A DNA stretch of 64,000 nt, taken from Candidatus Omnitrophota bacterium (GTDB lineage Bacteria; Omnitrophota; Gorgyraeia; Gygaellales; Profunditerraquicolaceae). Location of the stretch: positions 106,198 through 170,197 of the forward strand of contig JAPLLW010000007.1 of NCBI GenBank assembly GCA_026387355.1. Direction: 5' to 3'. The notes beneath the pieces were generated by a model, which worked only from the letters and a program-made list of their open reading frames with translations, searched no databases and was not told where the DNA came from. Made by a program: the position numbers and the translations under genes. Below, in pieces: positions 30,136 through 40,793 of the stretch; the first letter of the stretch is position 1, and every line of letters starts with the position of its first letter.

Positions 30136-30502
30136 AATTTATAGGATAAGTAGGATAAGCCGGGTTCTGTCTTGATACGAGTATACGCATCGATTAGTGA
30201 TCATTCCTCTCGATATCGGCGTTACCGCCGCTACTCTAGCAGCTTATTACCCGAGATTAATAACGTGTCGGATAGACACTTATCTCCTATTTTGCCTTGC
30301 TCCGCGTAGAGATTGCCTCGTTTCACCTCTTCGATATGGGGTCAGAATTAATTCTGACCCCATATCGAATAATCGTCTCTGTGGCTCTTATCCTACCCGA
30401 AAAAATATTCGAGTGGCAGGTGTTAACCTGTTACGCTATCCTTTGGAGCCCGGACTTTCCTCTCCCTTTAACAGGAGCGACCACATCCTACCTATCCAAT
30501 TT
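30136..30502 (-). ncRNA. rnpB: RNase P RNA (bacterial type A)
   Basis: Exact P4 motifs on the minus strand: AGGAAAGTCCGGGCTCC (plus 30445-30462) and ACAGAACCCGGCTTA (plus 30156-30170). P1 pairing GGATAGGTAGGAT/ATCCTACTTATCC. Ends are approximate. Confidence 0.8.
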
Positions 30503-30524
30503 CTAAAAGAACTTAAAACTCGTG

Positions 30525-30941
30525 CTACTTACTGGTTTTCTTTAACTCTTTCTTTATCGCTAGTGTTGCTAATTTATCTGCACCCTTATTTTCTTCGCGA
30601 GGAATATCTTTTATATAAACTTCTTTAAAGGCAGTCAATAAATGCAGCGCCTGATTGTAAAGCCCGATAATATTTACATTCCTTACTTTATAAACTTTAT
30701 TTAATTGCCGGGCAAGCAACTGGCTATCCGTTTTCACTAAAAGCCTTTCCGCTTTCATTATTAAGGCCTCTTCTAACGCATAAATCAATGCAGTATATTC
30801 TGCAAAATTATTTGTAGCGCGCCCTATATAGGTAGATATATTTTTAATGGTTAGACCATTTGAACAGATTACCACCCCGATCCCGCTTGGCCCGGGATTG
30901 CCTTTTGAAGCTCCGTCTATATAAATTTCAAGATTTTTCAT
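30525..30941 (-). CDS. rnhA: Ribonuclease HI
   Basis: IYIDGASKGNPGPSGIGVV...FAEYTALIYALE RNase H fold. Confidence 0.85.
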   Translation of the reverse strand: MKNLEIYIDGASKGNPGPSGIGVVICSNGLTIKNISTYIGRATNNFAEYTALIYALEEALIMKAERLLVKTDSQLLARQLNKVYKVRNVNIIGLYNQALHLLTAFKEVYIKDIPREENKGADKLATLAIKKELKKTSK

Positions 30942-30980
30942 CCTGTTACTGTCCTTATTAATTTCCGTTAACTTTTATTT

Positions 30981-31706
30981 CTAACGTGATTCATCAATAT
31001 ATAATATCCTATTGCACATTTCACAGGTTATCATATGTTCGTACATCTTAATTAAATTGATAACCTGTGGCGGGACAAACATATTACAACCTCCGCATGA
31101 ATTTCCCTTAACAGTAACAATAGCAAGCCCGTCGCGGCTGTTCAGAATTCTATCGTATTGGCTTAAAACCTTTGCTTCGACTTCTGGAATGATTTGTTTT
31201 CTCGCGCTCTCAAGTTGGCTCAAGCGATCATCCATCTCTTTGATTCTATCATCCACTTTCTTTTTCTGGGTTACAAAAGCCTTCTCCTCTTCACTAAGTT
31301 TTAATTTTTCTTTATCCACTTCTACTTTTATTTCGTCAACCAAAGCAAATAAACCGAGTATTTTATCTTCAATAACCGAACCATCGGCCTTAGAATCCTG
31401 TATCTGTTGAAGCATGGTCTGATATTCTTTATTGGTTTTAAGCGAAAAAAGCTGGCCTTGCAATTTTTTTGTTGCCTCTTCCTTCTGAGCCAGTTCACCT
31501 TCTTTATCTTTTCTCTGCTTCTGAAGATCCAGAGACTTCTTTTCAAGTTCAGCCATATGGGCTTTTTTGCTTTCAAAAGATTGCTCAAGTACTTTAATTT
31601 CTTGCGGCTTGGATTCTTTCTCTAAGCGCAATGCATAAATCTCGCTATCGATTGTTTGCAACTTGATTAAACTTCCTAACTGAGTCTTTAAATCTAATGG
31701 CGACAA
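30981..31706 (-). CDS. Coiled-coil protein with C-terminal C4 zinc-ribbon (DUF164/zf-RING_7 family)
   Basis: Long K/E-rich coiled coil followed by CGGCNMFVP...CEMCNRILY. Confidence 0.65.
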   Translation of the reverse strand: MSPLDLKTQLGSLIKLQTIDSEIYALRLEKESKPQEIKVLEQSFESKKAHMAELEKKSLDLQKQRKDKEGELAQKEEATKKLQGQLFSLKTNKEYQTMLQQIQDSKADGSVIEDKILGLFALVDEIKVEVDKEKLKLSEEEKAFVTQKKKVDDRIKEMDDRLSQLESARKQIIPEVEAKVLSQYDRILNSRDGLAIVTVKGNSCGGCNMFVPPQVINLIKMYEHMITCEMCNRILYIDESR

Positions 31707-31721
31707 TATTTCTCCTTTTTA

Positions 31722-31798
31722 TGGTGGGCGATATAGGATTCGAACCTATGACCTCCACAATGTGAATGTGGCGCTCTAACCAGCTGAGCCAATCGCCC
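31722..31798 (-). tRNA. tRNA-Val (anticodon CAC), CCA encoded
   Basis: Manual cloverleaf: GGGCGAT acceptor, GCTC/GAGC D stem, CCACA-TTCACAT-TGTGG anticodon arm, TTCGAAT T-loop, CCA 3' end. Confidence 0.9.
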
Positions 31799-31832
31799 AA
31801 TTCCTAACCAACCGCCCAAATTCCTAACTTAC

Positions 31833-31904
31833 TGGGCCCAGAAGGGTTCGGACCTCCGACCAAGTGATTATGAGTCACCTGCTCTACCACTGAGCTATGG
31901 GCCC
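31833..31904 (-). tRNA. tRNA-Met or tRNA-Ile2 (anticodon CAT); CCA not encoded; unusual T-loop UCCGAAC
   Basis: Manual cloverleaf: GGGCCCA acceptor, GCTC-AGTGGTA-GAGC D arm, GGTGA-CTCATAA-TCACT anticodon arm. T-loop has C in place of the conserved U55. Confidence 0.65.
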
Positions 31905-31983
31905 CGAATCTTAAAATAGCTAATAATCTTAACATATTATTTATAACGGGGCAAGTCAAAAGTTAGTTTTATTTACGGAAGAG

Positions 31984-34900
31984 TTACTTCTTTTTCTGTA
32001 TTATGGCTAAGAAGCAGTCTACGACTCGGGGGTCGAATTGCGTACCGGAACCAGCCTTGATTATCTTTAAAGCCTTTTCTTTTTTAAGGGCTTTTCTATA
32101 AGGTCGATTGCTAGTTAAGGCTTGGTATACGTCAGCAACAGAAATAATTCTTGCTCCTATAGGTATATCATCTCCCTTGATGCCGCTAGGGTAGCCCGAA
32201 CCATCCCATTTTTCGTGGTGATACAGTATTAATGGAATCAGGCGGCGTAATGATTGAATCGGCCTTAAAATATCTGCGGCAATCTGCGGATGCTTTTTAA
32301 TCTCTGCGTATTCGGGCGTAGTTAACTTTCCTTTTTTTAGAAGTACTTTTTCGCTTACCCCGATTTTCCCCAGATCATGAAGGATTGAAGCTTGTTTAAC
32401 CAATTCGATCTCATCCTTAGTTAGCCCCAAGCGCTTAGAAATTTCGGTAGTATATTTAACTGTATGTTCCACATGCTCACCGGTGTAGTGATCTTTTATT
32501 TCAATGGTCTTAGCAAAGGCAATAATAGCTTCACTTAAACCCTCCCTAGATTTTCGATTTAATTTATTTATTCTATTTTGTAAGACTTTTACAAAGAACG
32601 AACCGCGTTTTTTAGTTTCATCGCTTTTTGATTTGTTAATATCCAAAGAGGTAAAAACTCGATTTCCTCCTGATTCTTTAGCTTTACCCAGAATGTTATC
32701 CGCTAAATTGATTAAACTCATCCCTCTTGTGCAGCTATCTTCAGGATAAGAAACAACCGAAAGACTTATTTTTAGCTTAATAGTGCTTTTGCGATCTCCG
32801 AAATTATATAAACTCATAGCACTTAGTATTCTCTGGCCTAAAACAAATCCCTGGTCCCGGTCTATCCCAGGTGAAATAATAAGAAATTCTTCCCCTCCAA
32901 AACGGATAACTACATCGTATCTGCGTACAATTCTCTTAAGTTGTCCTGCAAACTGCTTAAGCACAAGATCGCCGAATTCATGGCCATATACATCATTTAT
33001 GGATTTAAAATAATCAATATCAAGCATTAAAACTGAAAAAGGATGCGCGTAACGCTTAGCGCGCTGAAATTCTGCTTCTATAGCTTGCCCAAGGTAGTGG
33101 TAACTATATAAACCGGTATGCGAATCAATAAGTGATAATTCCTTTAGTCTTTTATTTGATTTTAGTAGTTCGAGTTCTGTTTCTTTACGCTGAGTAATAT
33201 CATTATAAATTTCCACTACTTCGCCGGTAGGTAGCCTATATATATAGCTTTCTCTCCACCCTTTCCTTTTTTTGTCTTTATAAAAGAACGAAGGGAGGCT
33301 TATCGGGCTTCCTGTCTGCCATACTTTCTTAAATGCATTAAGAATTCCCGTTCTTTTTACTCCGGGGAATACCTTGGTTACTCGTTTACCGACCAAGCTT
33401 TCTTTTTTGACCTTATCGATTAACTCTGCGCCATGGTTAAAATCAACTATGATAAAATCGCTTCCTCTTTTTATGGCCTCGTAAACAACTACACCACTGG
33501 AAATTGAATTAAAAAGCTCTTTAAATTTCTGCTCTTTTAATTTGATTAAAGCAGCGCTTTTTAATTTATCAGTAATGTCTTTGAAGGTACCCAAAAGATA
33601 CATTCTTTTATTAATATTTACGCGGGAAACAGTAAGGCTAGCATGGATCGTTGCGTTATTCTTCCTTTTAAGAGCGAAATCTTCAATATTGATGACACTG
33701 CCTAAGGCAGCAGCCTTAAGTTTATTCTTTGTCTCCTTAATTACTTCTTCAGGGTGAATATCTTTTACCTTAAGCTTAATTATCTCACTTGGTTTATAGC
33801 CTAACATTTTCTGCATTGCTTTGTTACTTAAATAAAGTTGCTGGTTAACTGGGTCAACAATAAGCATCCCGTCGCTGGCATCGTTAAATATATGCTTAAA
33901 CTGCTGGTTCATTTCTATAACTTTATTTTCCGCTTCCTTTAATTTAGATATATCCCCCATTGTAACAATAACTCTCTTGGCCTCTTCCATATTGCTTGGG
34001 ATAGACATTCTTAAATACATGTGCAGTAACTTGCCCTTTAAGCTCCTGTTAACGCATTCAGATTCAAAATATTTCTTGCCCTCTATAATAGCGATAATCT
34101 CTTGTTTAAATACTTCATACGAAGCCGGAACGAATATCTTATCTAAAGACTGTAATAATTCCTGTTTATCATTGGCTTCATACACATGTAAAGTTGTACT
34201 ATTTATATCTGTAATTTGTATTAGCCGAGAAGCCTTTAGTAAGAAATCAGGGTTTTTCTCAATATAGGCATGCAGGTCCTTTACTCCATTTTTTAGCTCT
34301 AATTTGTTCAATAATTGCATTAACTGAGTGTAGTCTTCCTCCCAAATGCATATCGGGACATTTTGATATATAATGCGATGCTTTTCTTCACTTATGCGTA
34401 ATGCCTCATCGCTTTTTTCGTGTTCGCTAATTTCTCTGCGTAAATCATCATTAGCCTTAGCTAATTCAGCAGTTCTTACCTTTACCCTGATCTCTAGTTC
34501 AGCGCGAGCTTCACGCAATCTGTCTTCATAACGTTTACGTTCCGAAATATCCCTAGCAATGCCGGTGGTCCCGATAACCTCGCCATTCTTATTGAATATC
34601 GGGGTTTTAATCGTTTCAATCCAAAGCGTCTTGTTTTTTTTATCAGCCAGCCTTTCTTCCACAATTTTCCGTTTCCCGGTAGTTATCACCTCTAGATCAT
34701 CTTTGCGGTAATGTTCGGCTAGATCTTTAGGCCAGATGTCCAAATCTGTTTTACCTATGAGATCATCGGGCTTGACTCCGCATGACTCCCCAAATGCTTC
34801 GTTCACAATAATGAAATTGCTTTCTTTGTCTTTTAGCCAGGCAATATCAGGGATACCATTAAGAATCGCTTTTTGCTGTAATTCAGTTTTCTGTAAGAGT

Positions 34901-35010
34901 TCTTCTGAGAACTTATAGCGGGATTCGGACTTTTCGAGTTCTGTGATGCGGATTTGTAGAAATTTTATCTCATCATTTAGTTTTTCATCGCTTCTATTTT
35001 CCATCGGCAC
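31984..35010 (-). CDS. Multi-PAS sensor protein with GGDEF diguanylate cyclase and HD-GYP phosphodiesterase domains
   Basis: Several PAS/PAC repeats, RFGGEEF active site, then an HD-GYP domain (HDLGK...HHEKWDGSGYP). Confidence 0.8.
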   Translation of the reverse strand: MPMENRSDEKLNDEIKFLQIRITELEKSESRYKFSEELLQKTELQQKAILNGIPDIAWLKDKESNFIIVNEAFGESCGVKPDDLIGKTDLDIWPKDLAEHYRKDDLEVITTGKRKIVEERLADKKNKTLWIETIKTPIFNKNGEVIGTTGIARDISERKRYEDRLREARAELEIRVKVRTAELAKANDDLRREISEHEKSDEALRISEEKHRIIYQNVPICIWEEDYTQLMQLLNKLELKNGVKDLHAYIEKNPDFLLKASRLIQITDINSTTLHVYEANDKQELLQSLDKIFVPASYEVFKQEIIAIIEGKKYFESECVNRSLKGKLLHMYLRMSIPSNMEEAKRVIVTMGDISKLKEAENKVIEMNQQFKHIFNDASDGMLIVDPVNQQLYLSNKAMQKMLGYKPSEIIKLKVKDIHPEEVIKETKNKLKAAALGSVINIEDFALKRKNNATIHASLTVSRVNINKRMYLLGTFKDITDKLKSAALIKLKEQKFKELFNSISSGVVVYEAIKRGSDFIIVDFNHGAELIDKVKKESLVGKRVTKVFPGVKRTGILNAFKKVWQTGSPISLPSFFYKDKKRKGWRESYIYRLPTGEVVEIYNDITQRKETELELLKSNKRLKELSLIDSHTGLYSYHYLGQAIEAEFQRAKRYAHPFSVLMLDIDYFKSINDVYGHEFGDLVLKQFAGQLKRIVRRYDVVIRFGGEEFLIISPGIDRDQGFVLGQRILSAMSLYNFGDRKSTIKLKISLSVVSYPEDSCTRGMSLINLADNILGKAKESGGNRVFTSLDINKSKSDETKKRGSFFVKVLQNRINKLNRKSREGLSEAIIAFAKTIEIKDHYTGEHVEHTVKYTTEISKRLGLTKDEIELVKQASILHDLGKIGVSEKVLLKKGKLTTPEYAEIKKHPQIAADILRPIQSLRRLIPLILYHHEKWDGSGYPSGIKGDDIPIGARIISVADVYQALTSNRPYRKALKKEKALKIIKAGSGTQFDPRVVDCFLAIIQKKK

Positions 35011-35019
35011 ACCTCTATA

Positions 35020-36558
35020 TTAATACTCTCTTTGGTGCGCAAGCGTCATATCTAGAAAAGTTCGTAATCTCCTTGAGCGGGTAGGGTGACGCAGTTTTTT
35101 CAATGCCTTTGCTTCAATCTGCCTAACCCTTTCGCGGGTAACTTTGAAAACATTCCCAACTTCTTCGAGCGTACGAGCTGAACCATCAAGTATCCCAAAA
35201 CGCAATACCAGTATCTTTTTTTCTCTTTCGGTGAGCGTACCTAAAGCTGAATTCATCTCATCTTTAAGCATTGAGCGCACGGTTTCGTTAGCCGGAGAGA
35301 CTGCCTTTTTATCCTGAATAAAATCTCCGAAATGAGTATCTCCTTCATCGCCGATGGGTAGCTGCAAAGATATAGGTTCCTGCGCAATTTTTAATATCGA
35401 CTTTACCTTTTCCTGAGGCAGGCGCATTTTATAAGCGATCTCTTCCGGCGTAGGTTCTCGGCCATTCTCCTGGACAAAAATACGAGAATAACGTATGATT
35501 TTGTTAATCGTCTCGGTCATATGTACGGGTATTCTAATAGTGCGCGCCTGATCAGCGATGGAACGGGTTATCGCTTGTCTTATCCACCAGGTAGCATAAG
35601 TGGAAAACTTATAACCCCTCTTATATTCAAATTTCTCAACTGCGCGCATAAGTCCGATATTTCCCTCTTGAATTAAATCCAGGAATGATAGCCCGCGGTT
35701 AGTATATTTCTTAGCAATGCTTACCACTAACCTTAAATTTGCCTCAACCAGCTTCTTTTTTGTTCGGCTAAACTTAAGATGGGTAGACTTAATTAGCTTT
35801 AATTTCTCCTTCATCTTAGAGTAAGGCTCACCAAGTTCTTTTAATATCGCTTTTTTCCTATTTCTGTCAGACCTATTTCCACGACGCGCAATCTGGTCAA
35901 GTTCTTTAACCCGGTGGTTAAGCTTACGTACTGCTGACTCAACTACTGAAGTTACAAAATTAAACTCAAGCAATAGATCCAAAGCTACGTTTTCGCTGCG
36001 TGTGCGATTTAATTTCTTAAGCGTCTTTTTAATCTTACTAGTGATATTATCTTTTTTTACCTTTAGATCCTCTTTTACTACTTCTTCTGGGTTAACCTTT
36101 TCCTCGATAATATTATTAGCCACAGCGATTGTTTCATTACGCACAATCTTAGTGCTTAAGGCAGCGCGTTTAAAACGCTCCTCTGCGTCTTCAATTTTCT
36201 TAGCCAACTCAATCTCATGCTCACGGGTTAAAAGTGAAATTGAACCCATCTGCTTAAGATACATTTTTACAGGATCATCCAAAGGCAGGAAGCGCTCTTC
36301 AGATTTTATCTGGTCGTTTAAAAGGTCGTCTTTAATAATCTGGCTGTTTTTTTCAACTACCTTGTCTTCTTCATGCTCAACAACCTGAATATCCTCATTT
36401 CCTAACAATTCAAATAGATGATCAATTTCTTTAGATGAAGAGAGCTCTTCAGGTAGAAGATCGTTAACTTCGTCATATGTAAGAAATCCTTTTTGTCTGC
36501 CTAAAGCTATAATCTTCTCGAGGTCTTTACTGGAATAAGAGGTACTCTTCTTTTTCAT
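35020..36558 (-). CDS. rpoD: RNA polymerase primary sigma factor
   Basis: Regions 1.1-4 are present, including ...[28 protein letters not shown]... Confidence 0.95.
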   Translation of the reverse strand: MKKKSTSYSSKDLEKIIALGRQKGFLTYDEVNDLLPEELSSSKEIDHLFELLGNEDIQVVEHEEDKVVEKNSQIIKDDLLNDQIKSEERFLPLDDPVKMYLKQMGSISLLTREHEIELAKKIEDAEERFKRAALSTKIVRNETIAVANNIIEEKVNPEEVVKEDLKVKKDNITSKIKKTLKKLNRTRSENVALDLLLEFNFVTSVVESAVRKLNHRVKELDQIARRGNRSDRNRKKAILKELGEPYSKMKEKLKLIKSTHLKFSRTKKKLVEANLRLVVSIAKKYTNRGLSFLDLIQEGNIGLMRAVEKFEYKRGYKFSTYATWWIRQAITRSIADQARTIRIPVHMTETINKIIRYSRIFVQENGREPTPEEIAYKMRLPQEKVKSILKIAQEPISLQLPIGDEGDTHFGDFIQDKKAVSPANETVRSMLKDEMNSALGTLTEREKKILVLRFGILDGSARTLEEVGNVFKVTRERVRQIEAKALKKLRHPTRSRRLRTFLDMTLAHQREY

Positions 36559-38324
36559 AATTTATCCGTCCTTTTTTTAATTAAACAATGGAATTCTTCC
36601 GTAAGTAAAGCTAAACGCTCATGGTCACCTTTGTGTTGAGCAACTTTTATCTGCTCATGCAGCCGCTCTCTTTCTAACTTCACGCTATTGCTCTTCATTC
36701 GCTGTATACAATCATCAACAACTTTTTCCTTATGATCATCAGTTAAGGTTTGCGGTAAGAATACTGACTCGCAGACTAATTCAGATATATCGTCACCTAA
36801 GTGATTCATCAGGATCTGTGGAGCTACTTGTTTCCCTTGCTCAACAAGCTCAAACATAATCGAGACTACCTTTGCAATACGCTCATCTTGAAAATCCTTG
36901 GCATCAAGGCTTTCTTTGATCCTGCCAATTAAACTATTTTCTTCAAGCATAAGCGACATAAGCAACTTTTCCGTGGGGTTTATACTAGAGATTCTTTTAG
37001 GCGGTGGTATAACTTGCGTTGTATATCCTTTATCTGTTTTTACCTTGGCAAGCTCTTCTATTAAAGCCTCTTCTTTAACATTTAAATCTTGAGCAAGCTT
37101 CTTTAAATATTCAGACCTGAGAATCGCGTTCTTAAATTTACTTATAGTATCTAGCATTAGCGCTGAAATCTTAGCCCTACCTTCAATCTCCTTGGCGTTA
37201 TATCTGTTTTTTAAAACCCCTAATTTATAATCAAAGATATTTTGGGCATTATTTATCTTTTCCCTAAAGGCATCGATACCGTGTTTACGCACGAATAGGT
37301 CAGGATCAAAACCTTTAGGTAAAGAAACTATCCTTACATTCATCTCTTCTTCTATAAATATATCCAAGCTCCTTAAAGTAGCTAATTCGCCTGCGCTATC
37401 TGCATCATAAACCATAACCACATTATGAGTATATCGTTTTAGAAGCCTTGCCTGCTCACTAGTCAAAGCAGTACCAAGCGATGCTACAATATTTTTTACC
37501 CCATCTTGGTAGGGTATGAGAAAATCCATGTAGCCTTCGACTACGGCCACAAAATCATCTTCTTTAATACTGTCCTTAGCAAAATTAAGGCCGTATAAAT
37601 GTTTTCCCTTAGTATAAATAGCGGTTTCGGGAGAATTAAGGTATTTAGGCAAACTATCATCTAGCACGCGGGCACCGAACCCTAGCACCCGATCTTTTAT
37701 ATCTAGTATTGGGAAAATTATCCTGTTTCTAAATCTATCATAGTAGCCGCCATCATCCTTAGCTACTACTAAACCTACCTTATCCAGTAAGCCAAGGCTG
37801 GTAGATTTGGCTCGTAAATAATTAATCAGACTATCCCACTTGTTTATCGCTAGGCCAATTTTTAATTCAGTAATTGTTTCCTGCTTAATTCCTCGTTTGT
37901 AAAGATAGTCTCTTGCGCCGGAGGCTTCTGCCAAATTTAGATTGCTAGAATAAAAATTCTGCGCTAGTTCATTTATTTTAAATAACTGCGAAGTTGCACC
38001 GTTAGGACTCTCTCCCCGAAAATCATTCTTAGGTAAACACACCCCAACCTTTTTTGCCAATACCTCTACTGCTTCCGGAAATTCCATACGCTCATAACGC
38101 ATCAGGAATTTGAAGGCATTACCTGACTCACCACAGCCAAAACAATGATATATCTGCCTATCGGTAGAGACCATAAAGGAGGGTGTTTTTTCATGGTGAA
38201 AAGGACAGCAGGCTTTAAAATTCTTGCCAGAACGTTTAAGTGGTATATAGCCGGCAATAACTTCAGCAATATCGACCTTGCCTAAAATATCCTCTAATAT
38301 ATTCTCTGGTATAAGACCGGCCAA
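36555..38324 (-). CDS. dnaG: DNA primase
   Basis: Zinc-ribbon [14 protein letters not shown]...[10 protein letters not shown] and Toprim EGYMD motif. Confidence 0.9.
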   Translation of the reverse strand: MAGLIPENILEDILGKVDIAEVIAGYIPLKRSGKNFKACCPFHHEKTPSFMVSTDRQIYHCFGCGESGNAFKFLMRYERMEFPEAVEVLAKKVGVCLPKNDFRGESPNGATSQLFKINELAQNFYSSNLNLAEASGARDYLYKRGIKQETITELKIGLAINKWDSLINYLRAKSTSLGLLDKVGLVVAKDDGGYYDRFRNRIIFPILDIKDRVLGFGARVLDDSLPKYLNSPETAIYTKGKHLYGLNFAKDSIKEDDFVAVVEGYMDFLIPYQDGVKNIVASLGTALTSEQARLLKRYTHNVVMVYDADSAGELATLRSLDIFIEEEMNVRIVSLPKGFDPDLFVRKHGIDAFREKINNAQNIFDYKLGVLKNRYNAKEIEGRAKISALMLDTISKFKNAILRSEYLKKLAQDLNVKEEALIEELAKVKTDKGYTTQVIPPPKRISSINPTEKLLMSLMLEENSLIGRIKESLDAKDFQDERIAKVVSIMFELVEQGKQVAPQILMNHLGDDISELVCESVFLPQTLTDDHKEKVVDDCIQRMKSNSVKLERERLHEQIKVAQHKGDHERLALLTEEFHCLIKKRTDKL

Positions 38325-38325
38325 A

Positions 38326-39198
38326 CTAACTCCTTTTTATCCTCTTAAAACCTGAACAACCTACAACTTCAATCTCTTCAATTCTATCAATTCTGTCTAA
38401 AAGTAGATTAAGCCCTAAAGAATCGCTTGAAATATGCCCTGCGATAATCGCATTAAGATTTGCTTCTTTGGCTTTTTTAAGATGATCCTCACTTAAGTGC
38501 ATAGAAATCAGGGTTCTTACTCCGGCTTTATAAAGCTTATCAAATACGTCCTTGGGTCCTTCTGTGCCCCCGGTCATCTCAAAAACTATCTTACCGACTT
38601 TTCTTTTCGGTGAGCCTAAAATGAGGGCTGGGCCAGTTTTATTCTTTTGCGCATCCCGATATTCAGGAATCTCTAATAAAATATCGATTACATTTTGGAT
38701 GAGTTTCGGCTTCTTTTCCAGCATCAACTTCTTGAGATACCAATAAACATGGTTATCGGCTGGCGTATGCATGCACATAAAAGGCATATTAAGAATCCTG
38801 GCAACATCAACGCAGCGCTCATGGTTCTGAGGTAGTACCCTTCTTTCAACTTCCGCCATTCTCGTATTTAGCAACTTCTGGGCGACTAACTCAGATAGGC
38901 CTGCCTGTTTAAGCAAGTCCACTTGCAATTGCATTACTTCGTGTAAAAGGACATAAGCTTTCCCCTCAGGGTGATGCGAGAGGGCTAAATCCAGTCCATC
39001 TTTTTGGCGGATTCTATCGGCCAATAATAATTCCCCTACCTCCATATCCACCCCGACGAGGATCTTGTTTATCTCAGTATCCGGCTTTCCATAGAGAATA
39101 GCGGTATCAGAATAAGACTTAATCGCTTCTTTATTCCTACGGGGATCCCGGTCAGTGCCGAATTTAACTATTAAGTTATAAAAACGCGATAGCTTCAT
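38326..39198 (-). CDS. Nif3-like dinuclear metal centre protein (YqfO/YbgI family), tentative
   Basis: ILVGVDMEVGELL...LDLALSHHPEG and C-terminal IIAGHISSD resemble Nif3 metal-binding motifs. Position upstream of dnaG-rpoD matches the Bacillus-type arrangement. Confidence 0.5.
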   Translation of the reverse strand: MKLSRFYNLIVKFGTDRDPRRNKEAIKSYSDTAILYGKPDTEINKILVGVDMEVGELLLADRIRQKDGLDLALSHHPEGKAYVLLHEVMQLQVDLLKQAGLSELVAQKLLNTRMAEVERRVLPQNHERCVDVARILNMPFMCMHTPADNHVYWYLKKLMLEKKPKLIQNVIDILLEIPEYRDAQKNKTGPALILGSPKRKVGKIVFEMTGGTEGPKDVFDKLYKAGVRTLISMHLSEDHLKKAKEANLNAIIAGHISSDSLGLNLLLDRIDRIEEIEVVGCSGFKRIKRS

Positions 39199-39776
39199 TT
39201 GTTTTTTAAGCCTTTCTCTTCCTGAGGAATAGTTTCGTTGTAGTTCTCGTTACTAGCAAATTTAGAGGCAAGATTACTCCAGATCCAAGCATAAGTATCC
39301 ACAGAAACATAATATAGCGCTTTTCCGGAATAGGAATCCTTAACGCTTTTTTTAAGATACTCGATATTTGATAATACCATAATAAAAATAATCAGGCTTG
39401 TTAGCAAGATCGCCCTGCCTGCGCCCAAGATTAGGCCTCCCCACTTATTTAGGTTTGAAACTGCTTCCAGTTTTATAAGATTATAGATTACATTTCGTAG
39501 AAGCGAGAAAATCAAGTATCCGCAGATAGCCAGGATTAAAAATACAGAAAAATAAAGCACTCCGGTCGGGATACCTTCAACAGGTACATATTTAGAAATT
39601 AAATCCGATAATAAAATGTAATAATGTAAAGAAAAATAGACTGCGCATAGTGTGCCTAGTAGTTTAAAAAGCTCAATTGGAAAACCGGTTTTTAAAGCAA
39701 CGTAACATACTCTGGCTATTAGCACTAGCGCAAAAATATCCAGCCAGTTGATTTGTTTTAAGATATTCAATGACAT
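39195..39776 (-). CDS. cvpA: CvpA-family membrane protein
   Basis: N-terminal INWLDIFALVLIARVCYVALKTGF and four TM helices. Confidence 0.6.
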   Translation of the reverse strand: MSLNILKQINWLDIFALVLIARVCYVALKTGFPIELFKLLGTLCAVYFSLHYYILLSDLISKYVPVEGIPTGVLYFSVFLILAICGYLIFSLLRNVIYNLIKLEAVSNLNKWGGLILGAGRAILLTSLIIFIMVLSNIEYLKKSVKDSYSGKALYYVSVDTYAWIWSNLASKFASNENYNETIPQEEKGLKNK

Positions 39777-39818
39777 TGGGTTAAAGCCTCTTTAACTAGG
39801 TAAGTTTAAATTCGGTAA

Positions 39819-39848
39819 AGTATAACATATTCTTAAGCCTATTGTCAA
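39819..39848 (-). promoter_or_regulatory. Sigma-70-like promoter TTGACA-N18-TATACT upstream of cvpA
   Basis: Minus-sense ttgaca (39848-39843) and tatact (39824-39819). About 40-nt leader with AAAGAGG SD. Confidence 0.4.
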
Positions 39849-39863
39849 GGAAAGGGCTTTCTT

Positions 39864-40793
39864 TTACCTAAACCAAGATATGGTTCGCTTAAGGCCTTCT
39901 TCTAGGCTAATCTTGGGTTCCCACTTCAGAAACTTCTTGGCCCGGGATATCTCTGGTTGGCGCTGGCGAGGGTCATCCTGAGGTAGCTTCTTATAGACAA
40001 TCTTACTCTTAGAATTAGTTAGCTTTATAACTATCTTAGCAAGTTGCAAAACAGTGGACTCTCTAGGATTACCTAAATTAATTGGCTCATTTACTTTAGA
40101 AAGCATTAAGCGGTATAATCCTTCTACTAAATCATCTATATAGCAAAAACTTCTGCCTTGTTTACCATTGCCATAAACTGTAAGCGCTTTGTTTTCTAAT
40201 GCCTGGTTTATAAAATTTGGTACGACCCTGCCATCTTTTCTGCGCATACACGGCCCATAAGTATTGAAAATACGCGCTATTTTTGTATCAACCTTATGAA
40301 TACGATGATAAGCCATAGTAATTGCTTCGGCAAACCGCTTAGATTCATCATAGCAGCCGCGAACTCCCACGGGATTTACATTTCCCCAATACTCTTCTTT
40401 CTGGGGATGAACCAGCGGATCTCCATAAACTTCAGAAGTAGAAAAGAGCATAAAAACTGCCCTTTTTTCTTTAGCTAAACCTAAGGCATTATGTGTCCCC
40501 AAAGAACCAACTTTAAGAGTTTGAATTGGAAAATCTAGATAATCTTTTGGAGAAGCTAATGATGCACAGTGTAATACATAATCCACTTTCCCGGGAATAT
40601 TAATATTTTGAGAAACATTGTGGATGATTAGACTAAAATTATTGTTCTTTTTTAACCCTTTTATATTATCCAAAGAACCGGTCATAAAGCTGTCCACGCA
40701 AATTACCCCATAGTTTTCGCTTAGCAATCTAGCACAAAGATGAGAACCGATAAAACCTGCGCCTCCGGTTACCACTACCCTTTTGCTACTCAT
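39864..40793 (-). CDS. uxs: UDP-glucuronate decarboxylase (UDP-xylose synthase)
   Basis: [29 protein letters not shown], and RIFNTYGP...DGRVV..F are all highly UXS-like. Confidence 0.8.
   Translation of the reverse strand: MSSKRVVVTGGAGFIGSHLCARLLSENYGVICVDSFMTGSLDNIKGLKKNNNFSLIIHNVSQNINIPGKVDYVLHCASLASPKDYLDFPIQTLKVGSLGTHNALGLAKEKRAVFMLFSTSEVYGDPLVHPQKEEYWGNVNPVGVRGCYDESKRFAEAITMAYHRIHKVDTKIARIFNTYGPCMRRKDGRVVPNFINQALENKALTVYGNGKQGRSFCYIDDLVEGLYRLMLSKVNEPINLGNPRESTVLQLAKIVIKLTNSKSKIVYKKLPQDDPRQRQPEISRAKKFLKWEPKISLEEGLKRTISWFR

Noticed and set aside
30197-30628. Plus-strand ORFs 30197-30628 (143 aa) and 30297-30506 (69 aa) in the yebC-rnhA gap
   Set aside because: They overlap the RNase P RNA; the exact P4 motifs on the minus strand explain the region. 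Low-complexity translation.
31012-31625. Three small ORFs (31012-31410+, 31328-31588-, 31407-31625+) within the DUF164 zinc-ribbon gene
   Set aside because: Artefacts of the K/E-rich coiled-coil coding region (AAG/GAA repeats are open in several frames). The 241-aa minus-strand frame is the conserved one.
39850-39870. GAAAG-N-CTTTC hairpin after uxs as an intrinsic terminator
   Set aside because: The loop is too short and there is no downstream U-tract in the minus sense; the cvpA promoter overlaps the region.
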